Assembly: GCA_018712835.1 (NCBI GenBank)
Contig: DVGF01000038.1
Coordinates: 1 to 63,859 of the forward strand
Length of the DNA: 63,859 nt
Origin: Candidatus Ventrenecus stercoripullorum
GTDB taxonomy: Bacteria > Bacillota_I > Bacilli_A > RF39 > UBA660
Reading direction: 5' to 3'
Positions 1 through 9,871 of this stretch are shown one piece after another (the stretch's first letter is position 1; each line of letters begins with the position of its first letter). The translations under genes and the position numbers were made by a program. The notes under the pieces are model-generated. The model was not told the origin of the DNA and made no database searches. It saw only the letters and a list, made by a program, of their open reading frames with translations.

Positions 1-1
1 T

Positions 2-1036
2 AAATTAGAAAAATATATAGAACAAGAGCCACTGGAAAAACAAAATGAATTAAAAATTCAATTATCTTATATTGATGATTTTTATCATTATTACCAAAGT
101 GAACTATATGGCCATGAAAATTATGGCTTTGATTTTGATGACTTAATTTATTATGCAACCCTATATTTAGATCACGTAAAAGGACAAGATGATTTAAATA
201 TAAACCATATCATTATAGATGAGTATCAAGACATCAGTTTTAGTCGTTATGAATTTACAAGAAAAGTAGCTAGCCAAAATCATGCCAAAGTGACCGCGGT
301 TGGTGATGATTGGCAAACTATTTTTTCTTTTGCAGGTTCAAGAATCGATTATATTTATCATTTTCAAAAATATTTTCCTGGCGCAAAACTTCTTCATATT
401 ACTAAAACGTACCGTAATAGTCAAGAATTGATTTCTTATTCCGGAGCATTCATCATGAAAAATGAAAGTCAAATAAAAAAAGAGTTAGTTTCTGATAAAA
501 AACTAAAATATCCGATTCGCTTTGTAGAATTTGAACAAGAAGAGTATGAAACATTAAAAAAATTAATTTTATGGATTCATCGCCAAAACAAAGAAGATAA
601 AATATTAATTCTTGGCCGTACCAACCAGATTATTAATCGTTGCTTTCTAGAACCGGAACTCAAAGACTCGGTAGGTACAAAAATAGAGTTTCGAGGGCTA
701 AAAGATTTAGAGATGGATGGTATGACAATTCATAAATCAAAAGGATTAACTTATGATCAAGTTATATTAATTGGTTTATCAAATGCTTGGCCAAGAGAAA
801 ATGTTTCTTCTTATTGGTTTACTAATGTTTTAAAAGAAAAAAAAGAAACAGAAAAAATATTATATCCTGAAGAAAGACGACTTTTTTATGTAGCTTTAAC
901 ACGTACTAAAAATTATGTCTATCTCTTAGTAAATAAAGATCAAACAAAAAATAGTCCTTTTATTAACGAAATAAAAAACATTATGAAAGAATATGAAAAG
1001 AGTAAGTCATCTACCCAACCAAAAATTATCAACTAA
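2..1036 (+). CDS. UvrD/Rep (helicase IV-like) superfamily 1 helicase, C-terminal part; 5' end lies outside the window
   Basis: Frame 2 is open from base 2. Upstream of the listed Met it reads IIIDEYQDISFSRY (DExQ motif II), then AVGDDWQTIFSFAG, TYRNS and EERRLFYVALTRTK (motif VI). Paralog of 4630..6114. Confidence 0.85.
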   Translation, partial: KLEKYIEQEPLEKQNELKIQLSYIDDFYHYYQSELYGHENYGFDFDDLIYYATLYLDHVKGQDDLNINHIIIDEYQDISFSRYEFTRKVASQNHAKVTAVGDDWQTIFSFAGSRIDYIYHFQKYFPGAKLLHITKTYRNSQELISYSGAFIMKNESQIKKELVSDKKLKYPIRFVEFEQEEYETLKKLILWIHRQNKEDKILILGRTNQIINRCFLEPELKDSVGTKIEFRGLKDLEMDGMTIHKSKGLTYDQVILIGLSNAWPRENVSSYWFTNVLKEKKETEKILYPEERRLFYVALTRTKNYVYLLVNKDQTKNSPFINEIKNIMKEYEKSKSSTQPKIIN

Positions 1037-1064
1037 CTTATACTACTTTTGAAAGGAGTATTTT

Positions 1065-1511
1065 ATGTTATTTGATAATACAGATTTTGATTATGCAATA
1101 AGTTTCTTATCCATTCCTGGTAGTGATTTCAATAAAGAAACAAGAGTAGATAAATTTTTAACACCAGAAGAAGGATTTTTAAGAGGAAATTTAGAAAAAA
1201 ACGAATATGTTCCATACAAAAACTACACATATTTTAAATTACAACCAGAAACGGAAAAGGAAAACTTATTATTTAAATTAATGGCTTATTCATTTGCTAT
1301 TAATGATTTAAACTTATATTTAGACCTCCATCCAGAAGACAAAACAACATTTGATTTATTTAAATGTTATGTCAAAGAAAAAAATGAATTAGAAGACATG
1401 TATACCTCAAAATATGGACCTATGACCATTACAGAAACACAAGGCTCTAGTTATAATTGGATTAACAATCCATGGCCATGGGATAGGACAGGAGGTAGTA
1501 AATATGTTTAA
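1065..1511 (+). CDS. cotJB: Spore coat protein, CotJA-CotJB fusion
   Basis: The N-terminal third has a CotJA-like motif (TPEEGFLRGNL..YVPYKNY). The rest has the CotJB signature (INDLNLYLDLHPED, YTSKYGPMT, NNPWPWD). RBS GAAAGGAG; overlaps cotJC by 8 nt. Confidence 0.75.
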   Translation: MLFDNTDFDYAISFLSIPGSDFNKETRVDKFLTPEEGFLRGNLEKNEYVPYKNYTYFKLQPETEKENLLFKLMAYSFAINDLNLYLDLHPEDKTTFDLFKCYVKEKNELEDMYTSKYGPMTITETQGSSYNWINNPWPWDRTGGSKYV

Positions 1512-2061
1512 ATATGTAAAACACTTGAATTATCCAATCAATATCAAGAAAAAAGATTTAAGAATGGCCAAAAGCCTACTTACCCAATTTGGTGGAGCAA
1601 ACGGAGAACTAGGAGCTGCCTTAAGATATTTTAGCCAAAAATTTTCTATGCCAGATGAAAAAGGAAAAGCATTACTAAATGATATAGCAACCGAAGAACT
1701 AGGTCATTGTGAAATGATTTGTACTATGGTTAGCCAACTAACAAAAGATGCTAGTCTAGAAGAATTAAAAGCTAACGGCTTACAAAGCCTTTATACAGAA
1801 CATGGCAAAGGCATCTATCCATCTGACTCTTTTGGAAATCCATTTACTGTAACATATTTTGCAGTAACAGGAGACGTATTAGCGGATTTATCAGAAGATA
1901 TGGCCGCAGAACAAAAAGCACGAGCAACCTATGAAAATCTAATTAATTTAACTGATGACGAAGATATCATAGGAGTATTACTTTTCTTAAGACAAAGAGA
2001 AATCGTTCATTTCAATCGCTTTAAAGAACTATATGATCATTATAAGAAAAAAGGGTATTAA
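1504..2061 (+). CDS. cotJC: Spore coat protein CotJC (manganese-catalase/ferritin-like family)
   Basis: Motifs LLTQFGGANGELGAALRYFSQ, EELGHCEMI and REIVHFNRF; typical ~185 aa length; follows cotJB. Confidence 0.9.
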   Translation: MFKYVKHLNYPINIKKKDLRMAKSLLTQFGGANGELGAALRYFSQKFSMPDEKGKALLNDIATEELGHCEMICTMVSQLTKDASLEELKANGLQSLYTEHGKGIYPSDSFGNPFTVTYFAVTGDVLADLSEDMAAEQKARATYENLINLTDDEDIIGVLLFLRQREIVHFNRFKELYDHYKKKGY

Positions 2062-2087
2062 GAACGTAACAAAACGTTCTTTTTTTC
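2061..2087 (+). terminator. Rho-independent terminator after cotJC
   Basis: Stem AGAACGT/ACGTTCT with loop aacaaa, followed by a T-run. Confidence 0.6.
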
Positions 2088-2155
2088 TTTTTCAGTTTTC
2101 GACAATTATTGCATAAGTTATATGATATAGTACGAAATAAAAGGAGTTGGTAAAC

Positions 2156-2183
2156 TTGACAAAAATAAAAAATATGTTAGAAT
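2156..2183 (+). promoter_or_regulatory. Sigma-A-type promoter for the Panacea gene pair
   Basis: TTGACA (2156-2161), 16-nt spacer, extended -10 TGtTAGAAT (2175-2183). Confidence 0.5.
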
Positions 2184-2241
2184 TTGTCATTAAACCATCA
2201 CAAAACTATGGTACAATGAAAATGAGAGTAGGTAAGAGAAT

Positions 2242-2754
2242 ATGAGTAAATTGGTTGACAGAAAAAAGAGTGGCATTTTTAGTGCTTTAGATATAGCGAA
2301 ATATTTAAACTATTTACATAATAAAATTTATGGTAAGGATATTTCTCCATTAAAATTACAAAAAGTGTTATTTTTCTTATTTGGAGAATGGGGTGCTTTT
2401 GTTCAAAAAGCTTCAGACGAAAATGATGGAAAAAAATTGAAGGAGTACTCAAAATATCTATTTAATGAAGATTTTCAATCTTGGGTTTACGGTCCTGTCA
2501 TTAATGAGGTATATAAGCACTTTAATAATGAACAATTATCAGAAGAGGAATTATTTAATGATGACCGAAAAAGATATGTTGGAAGTTTTATTAAAGATTT
2601 AGCCCAAGAACTTTTTGAACTTAGTGATTTTAGACTGGTAGAATTAACTCATCAAATGGATTGCTGGAAAAATAAATTTAATCCAGAGCAAGCTTATCAT
2701 AATAATGTTATGGATAAGGAAGAAATAATTAATGAATTTGCAAGGCAAATATAG
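2242..2754 (+). CDS. Panacea (DUF4065) domain protein, SocA/GepA-like putative antitoxin
   Basis: Reads SALDIAKYLNYL...ISPLKLQKVLFFLFGEW...FQSWVYGPVINEVYKHF. This matches the DUF4065 pattern (xxLKLQKLLYYaxg...aWxxGPVxxxvY) as I recall it. Confidence 0.8.
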   Translation: MSKLVDRKKSGIFSALDIAKYLNYLHNKIYGKDISPLKLQKVLFFLFGEWGAFVQKASDENDGKKLKEYSKYLFNEDFQSWVYGPVINEVYKHFNNEQLSEEELFNDDRKRYVGSFIKDLAQELFELSDFRLVELTHQMDCWKNKFNPEQAYHNNVMDKEEIINEFARQI

Positions 2755-3274
2755 TAATACAAAGATAATTAAATACCCAAATAAATATAGAAACATACCA
2801 ACTAATGAGGTAGTTTTTCTTAATAAAAAATCCATAAAAGATGATCGACTTAAATTCACAAATTTTTTGGAAAGAGGGTTATCTTCTTCTAGAAACCAAG
2901 AAATTAAAAATACTATTTGTACTTTAACAGAAAATCCTGAAAAGTTTGACTATGTTGTGAAAAGTAGAGATATTTCCATACAAACACGAGCCGATTTAAA
3001 AAAAGTAAAAAGAGTAGGAGAAATACTTCAATTAAATTTGGAAGTACCCAAATCTAACCAAATAATATTTAAAGGCACACTTTCAGAAAGTAATGAACGA
3101 GGATTTCAATTACTTTTTACGATGGACAATGATAAAAAATACATTTATTTAATAGATTTATATCATTTAATTATACCCAGTAGCACCAATAGAAAAAAGA
3201 AGAGTTTTTCCATACTTTTAGAATATGAAAAGAGAAAAAAATATAAAAAAGATATTCAAGATGTTTTATTTTAA
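2732..3274 (+). CDS. Hypothetical protein, candidate Panacea-associated toxin
   Basis: Overlaps the upstream Panacea gene by 23 nt, so it is probably in the same operon. Lys-rich, no family recognised. The C-terminal GFQLLFTMDNDKKYIYLIDLYH is faintly RelE/ParE-like. Confidence 0.55.
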   Translation: MNLQGKYSNTKIIKYPNKYRNIPTNEVVFLNKKSIKDDRLKFTNFLERGLSSSRNQEIKNTICTLTENPEKFDYVVKSRDISIQTRADLKKVKRVGEILQLNLEVPKSNQIIFKGTLSESNERGFQLLFTMDNDKKYIYLIDLYHLIIPSSTNRKKKSFSILLEYEKRKKYKKDIQDVLF

Positions 3275-3397
3275 ATTGTCTTTTCAAAATAGCTTTTGTA
3301 AAGTCGTTTTTTGCACTTTAAGATTTAAAGAATCAAAATGTTTATAAAAAACTACACATTTTCATAAAAATCCTTTATAATCAAAAAAGGAGGTTTT

Positions 3398-4567
3398 ATG
3401 GAAACTTTTTCTTATGCAATCAAAGTAGCGCTTTTGGCTTTTCCATTAGTTGCTTTATTATTTACAATTCCTTATATAATCCATCAGTACCATAAATATG
3501 GTTCAGTAAGTTCTTATCGTACGATTATCATCTATTCATTTCTTCTATATATGATAACCGCCTATTTCCTAGTCATTTTACCATTACCAAGTATGGAAAG
3601 CGTCTCAAAAATGACTACACCAAGCTATAATCTAATTCCATTTCAATTCATTAGCGAAATATTTTCAGACTCAGGTCTTATTATAAGTGATTTTGCAACC
3701 TATTTTCCAACGCTTAAAAATCCAGTAGTATATGAGTCTTTATTTAACGTTTTATTAACAGTTCCTTTTGGTATCTATTTACATTATTATTTTGAGTTTT
3801 CTTTCAAAAAGACGTTATTTGCAAGCTTTTGCCTAACTTTATTCTTTGAATTAACCCAACTAACAGGCCTATATTTTATATATCCAAGAAGTTACAGAGT
3901 CTTTGATGTAGATGATTTAATACTAAATACCTTAGGTGGAGTTATCGGCTATATCATTGCCTTTATTCCATTAAAGCTCTTACCAACCAGAAAAGAAATC
4001 GATGAAAATTCCCTAGAAAAAGGAGCAAGAGTAGGATTTTTAAAAAGAGTAGTATCCTTTACAATAGATTTCATGATTTATGGTGCATTCCTTTTCGTAG
4101 CCTTATACTTAACACACCATTACCTAGAAGATTGGGTTTCCGTTTTTAGTGTTATCTTTATCCTATGGAGTCTATTATACTATGTTTTCACACCATGCTT
4201 ATTAAAAGGAAAAACCTTAAGCATGAAATTCTTTCATCTAGAATTTACATCATCTAAAAAAGTAACCTGGTTAAGAATATTTGCCTATTATTTTTGGATG
4301 ATAGCATTTTACATCATCTTGCCATTCGGACTAACTTTTCTAGGATATTACCTTTATTATAAACAATATATTACCAGAGTATTTTTTGAATATTTCATCA
4401 TAGTAGTAGGAGCCCTAACCCTCATGATGTATCTAATTGCCTTATTAAAAAGAATATTTAGAATGCCTTTAATATTCGAAAAGATATCTCATATCGAAAT
4501 AATAAGTTCAATACAAGTACTGGTAGAAGAAAGTACAAAAGAAAATAGTGACAAAAATCTAAGCTAA
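3398..4567 (+). CDS. Membrane protein, VanZ-like domain fused to RDD domain
   Basis: VanZ-type motif DVDDLILNTLGGVIGY in the N-terminal half. RDD-type start (GFLKRVVSFTIDFMIYGAF) in the C-terminal half. Many TM helices; RBS AAAGGAGG. Confidence 0.7.
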   Translation: METFSYAIKVALLAFPLVALLFTIPYIIHQYHKYGSVSSYRTIIIYSFLLYMITAYFLVILPLPSMESVSKMTTPSYNLIPFQFISEIFSDSGLIISDFATYFPTLKNPVVYESLFNVLLTVPFGIYLHYYFEFSFKKTLFASFCLTLFFELTQLTGLYFIYPRSYRVFDVDDLILNTLGGVIGYIIAFIPLKLLPTRKEIDENSLEKGARVGFLKRVVSFTIDFMIYGAFLFVALYLTHHYLEDWVSVFSVIFILWSLLYYVFTPCLLKGKTLSMKFFHLEFTSSKKVTWLRIFAYYFWMIAFYIILPFGLTFLGYYLYYKQYITRVFFEYFIIVVGALTLMMYLIALLKRIFRMPLIFEKISHIEIISSIQVLVEESTKENSDKNLS

Positions 4568-4629
4568 TCAAGAAACTGAATTTCAATAAGATGATAAAAA
4601 ATAGATTTTTTATTACTAAAACCTAAAAT

Positions 4630-6114
4630 TCATAAGAATAATTTTCCTACATTCTTATGTTTTTTTAATTCTTTGACAAAACAAGAAGAATGATACCTAG
4701 GAGCAAGTACATATACACTAGATTTTGTTCTAGTAAGCCCTACATAAAAAAGTCTCCGTTCTTCTTCAAAAGGAAAAGGCTGTTCTTTTTTTATGAGAGA
4801 TAAAATTCTTTCATCGGGAATTAAACTAGGAAATCCATATAAAGTATGCTCAAGATTTAAAAGAATAACAACATCACTTTCTAATCCCTTAGATGCATGA
4901 ACCGTTAAAAAACGAACAGAATGATTTGGAAACTTATCAAAGATAATTTGCTTATCGTCCCTTTTAGTATAAGAAAGCTTCTTAGTATATTTTTGCATGT
5001 CAAAGTGGTTACGTCCCAAAATAAAAATCTTCTTATCTTTGGGAATTCGTTGTAGTACTTTTTCTAAGACAGTATCAACATTTTTATAAAATACCAATTG
5101 AATAGGATTACTGAAATGCTTATCACTACAAAGTTCTTTCTTAATTTGATTTGGGTTCTTTTGAATAAACTCTCCTGCAGTCTTAACAAGCTCATCACTA
5201 TTACGGTATGTCCTCTCTAGTTTATAAACTTTAGCTGTTGGATAATACTTTGTAAATTGCAAAAATATCGATAAATCACATCCTGAAAAATGATAGATAG
5301 ATTGATAATCATCTCCTACAACACATAACGAAGCATCAGTAAGTCTGAGTATTTCTTGAATAAATTGAAATCGACATAACGAAGTATCTTGAAATTCATC
5401 GATAATCAACATTTTATAAGGTAAAAATACCGAATGTGTTTTTAAATATTCTGTTGTTTTTAAAATAATATCATCAAAATCCAGAATAGAGGCCGCTTCT
5501 TTATGACTTTCATAAAGCAAATAAATAGCATAGATTAAATAGAGTAAAGGTTCTTTTTTAGCATGAAGTAATATATTTTTTAAATCATTTTGAAAATAGC
5601 CATTGGCTTTACAAAGATTGATAAACGTAATAATTTGCTTTTGAATTCCAGAAAATTTAGGAGAGTTTAGTAAAAAATTCCAAGAGAAGAAAGAAGGGTA
5701 GTCAAAGACTTGATAACATTTTTTTATTAAAAACGCATTTCCAAAACATTTGGCTTGAAAAAACTCTTGAACAGTGTAGGAAAGCAAATCCGGTGGAGCA
5801 ATTTGATAAGAAACATGTTCCTGTTTCAAAATATCTAAAGCAAGTTTATGAAAAGTAAAAACTGCTACATCTACACCACAATTTTTTTGAATGTTTTCCT
5901 TGAGATTGAAAACTGCTTCATTTGTAAAAGATATCATACAAATCTCTTCTGGTTTTAACAATTTGTTTTCTAATAAATATTTCACTTTTCCAATTAAAGT
6001 AAGTGTTTTTCCAGAACCTGCTCCTGCAACAATCATAGAGTATTTTGGATTATCGAAAATAGGCTTTAATTGTTCAGTATCTAAAGAATAATTGTTCACG
6101 ATGATTTTATCCAT
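4630..6114 (-). CDS. UvrD/Rep-family (helicase IV-like) helicase
   Basis: Walker A AGAGSGKTLT, IIDEFQDTS, VVGDDYQSIYHFSG, TYRNS, EERRLFYVGLTRTK. Confidence 0.85.
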   Translation of the reverse strand: MDKIIVNNYSLDTEQLKPIFDNPKYSMIVAGAGSGKTLTLIGKVKYLLENKLLKPEEICMISFTNEAVFNLKENIQKNCGVDVAVFTFHKLALDILKQEHVSYQIAPPDLLSYTVQEFFQAKCFGNAFLIKKCYQVFDYPSFFSWNFLLNSPKFSGIQKQIITFINLCKANGYFQNDLKNILLHAKKEPLLYLIYAIYLLYESHKEAASILDFDDIILKTTEYLKTHSVFLPYKMLIIDEFQDTSLCRFQFIQEILRLTDASLCVVGDDYQSIYHFSGCDLSIFLQFTKYYPTAKVYKLERTYRNSDELVKTAGEFIQKNPNQIKKELCSDKHFSNPIQLVFYKNVDTVLEKVLQRIPKDKKIFILGRNHFDMQKYTKKLSYTKRDDKQIIFDKFPNHSVRFLTVHASKGLESDVVILLNLEHTLYGFPSLIPDERILSLIKKEQPFPFEEERRLFYVGLTRTKSSVYVLAPRYHSSCFVKELKKHKNVGKLFL

Positions 6115-6232
6115 GAGAGTTATTATAAATTCTTACTTAAGGGTTGTCAAATGTAAAAAAAGAAAACAAAATTATTTCTTGTAAACCTCCCATCAATTTG
6201 ATAAAATATACTGCGCAGAAAAGAGGTGTGTT

Positions 6233-7297
6233 ATGCCAACTAATATATTTTTTGAAAATTTAAATAAAGAAGAAATCATCCAAATCCTAAGAATGTTTGA
6301 AGCTCGTGAAGAAAAATTACAACATCAAATAGAAAAACTAAAAAAGAAAATTCATGCCCAAAAAGAAACCGATTTAACACCCCAAGAAAAAGAACAACTA
6401 ATGAAATTCTTACAACTTGTTCCCCTCATGGATCCACAAGAATTAAAAAAAGAAAGTAGAGCATTTTTAGATATCATCTCGGCTGCTTGGCAAGATGAAG
6501 TCTTATTAAGTAACATGCAAAGAAGAATACAAAACCTTCAAAAAGTAAAAGAAGAAATATTAAAAACAGACATTACCTTTCAATCCTTTGGTAAAAAAAA
6601 TTGTCCCCATCGCTTTGTAGAAACAGATACGGGATTAAAATGTATTTGCTGTGGTCATTCTACAGATGAATATCAACTGAGTATTCATGAGTCTCTATAC
6701 TTAGTAGAAGCTGCAAAAATGCAAGGAATATTAATAAGACATGCTTGCATAAAAGAAATTCCATTTTTAGAAAACCTAGCTTATGAACAGAAGATTTTAA
6801 AGGCAGAAGACCAAGATAAAATCAGTGCCAAACAATATGAGAAAGAATTAATTGTGGCCCGAGAACAAGACTTAAGAAAAGTAAAAACGCCATATTTAAA
6901 TACGAAAGAGTCCGTCCGTTTCTTTAAAAAAATTGAAAGCGAGAAAAAAGAAATCGAAGAAACAATCAAAACACTTCAAGCCCAAGCTTTAGTAGATGAT
7001 GAAGTAAAAAGAAACTATGATAGATTATTAGAAGAAAAAAATCTTGCCTTAGAAGAATGTTTAGTAGCAACTTACGAAATATACATTTTAATGGGATATT
7101 CTGTAGAAGAACTATATTATGAAGAACAAAAAGAAGAAAACAAATATGCAGTAGTAAAAGCATATCACAATTTATCACGAAAACAATTTCAAAAAGAAAG
7201 TGGTTATTTCAAAAGCAAAGCTAGAATAGAAAGTTTTACTTGCATGACAGCCAACCCAGAAATAAACCAAATGATATTAGACCTTAGAAGAAAATGA
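6233..7297 (+). CDS. Hypothetical coiled-coil protein with a CxxxxH...CxxC zinc-ribbon-like motif
   Basis: Long Glu/Lys-rich heptad-like stretches plus CPHRFVETDTGLKCICCGH. No family recognised. Confidence 0.6.
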   Translation: MPTNIFFENLNKEEIIQILRMFEAREEKLQHQIEKLKKKIHAQKETDLTPQEKEQLMKFLQLVPLMDPQELKKESRAFLDIISAAWQDEVLLSNMQRRIQNLQKVKEEILKTDITFQSFGKKNCPHRFVETDTGLKCICCGHSTDEYQLSIHESLYLVEAAKMQGILIRHACIKEIPFLENLAYEQKILKAEDQDKISAKQYEKELIVAREQDLRKVKTPYLNTKESVRFFKKIESEKKEIEETIKTLQAQALVDDEVKRNYDRLLEEKNLALEECLVATYEIYILMGYSVEELYYEEQKEENKYAVVKAYHNLSRKQFQKESGYFKSKARIESFTCMTANPEINQMILDLRRK

Positions 7298-7410
7298 GAA
7301 AATTAAGAGTACACCTAATTTTTTTTCATTTCTGCTGTCAACTAAAGTGGGGTTTCTCTATAAAGAAAACCTCTTTTTTGATATAATAAGGTGGTAAAGA
7401 AGGTGATAAC

Positions 7411-8586
7411 ATGCAAAGAAAAACGTATGCATACATAGATGGAAATATTTTAGAAAATAATATAAAAGAAATCAAAAAAAAATATCCAGATTATAAGTAT
7501 TATATAGGTGTTGTAAAAAATAATGCTTATCATCATGGAATGAAATGTGTTCTAGATATGATAAGAGGAGGAATAAATTACTTCGCGGTATCATCATTGG
7601 AAGAAGCTCTTGCTCTAAGAAAATATACTGATTACCCAGTGTTAATATTGGAGCCGATTTCCCTAGAGTTTGTAAGCGATGCCATTAACAACAATATCAC
7701 TCTGACAGTCGAGTCATTAGAATATACCAAAGAACTATTAAAAGAAGATATTTATTCAGAACTAAAAGTGCATCTAGCCATAGACTCTGGGATGAACCGT
7801 TTAGGATTTCAAACAAGAAAAGAACTAGACGAAGCCCTAAAACTATTAAAAGAACACAAAAAAATTGTAGTAGAAGGTTTATTTACACATTTTGCAACAT
7901 CTGGAGTAATGGACCCTCATTGGGATAATCAAGTAAAGAAATTTTTAAATATTACAAAAAATATTGATTTCAAAGAAATTCCAATGGTTCATTTAGGAAG
8001 AAGTTTAACTCTAGTGAACCATCCAAAATTAGAATACGCGAACGCAGTACGCTTAGGAATTATTATGTATGGCTTTTCGCAAAGCAGAAAAGAAGGGACT
8101 TCCCTAAGAAGCAAACTACAAAAACTAAAAAGAAACCATTACCAAAAGAAATATGAATGTAGCAAGACATTCCTAGAAAATGATTTAAAACTAAATACAG
8201 CAATGTCTTTGTATACCGAGGTTATAAGTACAAGAAAAGTTCATGTTGGTGATGTTGTAGGGTACAACGCCTATCCTATAAAAGAAGACGGCTACATTTT
8301 AACACTACCAGTGGGTTATGCCGATGGAGTAACCAAAGATTATAAAGAAGTAGCCATTGAAAGTAAACGTTACAAAATCGTATCAGATTGTATGGACATG
8401 ATTATGGTTTACTCAGAAACACCCATCAAAATTGGTACAAAAGTAGAAATATTTGGTCGTACCATTCCAATTTCTAGTGTAACAAGACGTCTTGGATTAA
8501 ATAGCTATCATTTATTCAACCAAATTAGTGACCGTGTCGTCCGTGTCCATCGAAGTAATGATATCGAAGAAGAAATCACATATTAA
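7411..8586 (+). CDS. alr: Alanine racemase-family PLP enzyme
   Basis: PLP-lysine motif GVVKNNAYHHG, DSGMNRLGF, VGYNAY...LPVGYADG. Confidence 0.85.
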   Translation: MQRKTYAYIDGNILENNIKEIKKKYPDYKYYIGVVKNNAYHHGMKCVLDMIRGGINYFAVSSLEEALALRKYTDYPVLILEPISLEFVSDAINNNITLTVESLEYTKELLKEDIYSELKVHLAIDSGMNRLGFQTRKELDEALKLLKEHKKIVVEGLFTHFATSGVMDPHWDNQVKKFLNITKNIDFKEIPMVHLGRSLTLVNHPKLEYANAVRLGIIMYGFSQSRKEGTSLRSKLQKLKRNHYQKKYECSKTFLENDLKLNTAMSLYTEVISTRKVHVGDVVGYNAYPIKEDGYILTLPVGYADGVTKDYKEVAIESKRYKIVSDCMDMIMVYSETPIKIGTKVEIFGRTIPISSVTRRLGLNSYHLFNQISDRVVRVHRSNDIEEEITY

Positions 8587-8597
8587 GGAGGAGTCCT

Positions 8598-9812
8598 ATG
8601 AAAGAGTTTAAAGTACTAATACTAGGCAGTGATGCAAATGCTTATTATATGGCAAGATGTGCATACGAAGCATATCACAAAAAAGCTCATTTAATTGCCA
8701 AAGATAGACTTGCATTTACAAAGTTTTCCAATATCTTAACCATTGAGTATCATGAAGATTTATGGGACGAAACAAAGTTTATAGAATACGTAAATACCTA
8801 TGCCAAAGAAAATGCAAATTATAAAATTTTAATGATTAGTACCAACGAAACTTATTCCGTATATATTGCAAGAAATAAAGAAAAATTTTTAGAAAACATT
8901 ATCTTTCCAAACCAGTCAGAAAGTGTTTTAGTAACACTAACTAACAAAGAAAAATTTTACAAAACCTATAAACATTCTACCTTAGATTTTCCAGAAACCT
9001 ATTACTTTGATACAACAAAAAGTACAGTCATTCCAACCATGAACTACCCAATGATTTTAAAGCCAGCCAATGTCGTAGAATACAACCACTTAGAGTTTGC
9101 AGGAAAACACAAGATATTTAAACTAAATAGTGAAGAAGAATTAAAAAGAACCATTGAACTCATTAAAAAAGCAGGATACAAAGATAGACTAATTTTACAA
9201 GAGTTTATTCCTGGAGACGATTCGCATCTATTTGACTCAGTCGTCTACGTCGATAAAAAAGGCAAAGTAAAAGTAATTAGCTTTGCCCAGATTGGAATTC
9301 AAGAAAGAAGTAAAAGCATGGTTGGAAATGCTGCTGCCTTAATAAATGGCTTTAATACCTTTGGGATAGATCCAGAACCAATGAAAGAGAAAATTATCAC
9401 ATTTATGGAAACCTTAGGAATGAATGGCTTCTATGAATTTGATATGAAATACGATGAAAAAACAAAGACATTCAAAGTATTAGAAATCAATGCCCGTCAA
9501 GGAAGATGTAGTTACTATATCTCTCCATTAGGTGCAAACTTAGTAGAAACACTTGTAAAAGATTTAATCGAAAAAGAAGAGTTACCAAAAAAAGATTTAA
9601 AAGGGGAAATCTTACTTTCCTTTGTTCCAAAAAAAATTATAAAAAAATATGTAAGCAATGACAAATTTAAACAAAAAGCCTTAAAAATGTGGCGTAAAAG
9701 AGTAAGTCCAATGGAATGCAAAGAAGACAAAAACTTCTTAAGATTTCTAATGATGAAAAAAAGACTATGGCATTACCAAAAAGAATATAAAGACAGTTAT
9801 TGGAAAGAATAA
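8598..9812 (+). CDS. ATP-grasp carboxylate-amine ligase (D-aspartate-ligase-like, COG3919 type)
   Basis: N-terminal KVLILGSDANAYYMARCAYEAY, LQEFIPGDD, FKVLEINARQGR. Lies 11 nt after the racemase gene. Confidence 0.75.
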   Translation: MKEFKVLILGSDANAYYMARCAYEAYHKKAHLIAKDRLAFTKFSNILTIEYHEDLWDETKFIEYVNTYAKENANYKILMISTNETYSVYIARNKEKFLENIIFPNQSESVLVTLTNKEKFYKTYKHSTLDFPETYYFDTTKSTVIPTMNYPMILKPANVVEYNHLEFAGKHKIFKLNSEEELKRTIELIKKAGYKDRLILQEFIPGDDSHLFDSVVYVDKKGKVKVISFAQIGIQERSKSMVGNAAALINGFNTFGIDPEPMKEKIITFMETLGMNGFYEFDMKYDEKTKTFKVLEINARQGRCSYYISPLGANLVETLVKDLIEKEELPKKDLKGEILLSFVPKKIIKKYVSNDKFKQKALKMWRKRVSPMECKEDKNFLRFLMMKKRLWHYQKEYKDSYWKE

Positions 9813-9871
9813 ACAAAGAAATTTGTAGAATTTTAGAAAAATGTATTATAATAAGTAACAAGGAGGCAATT

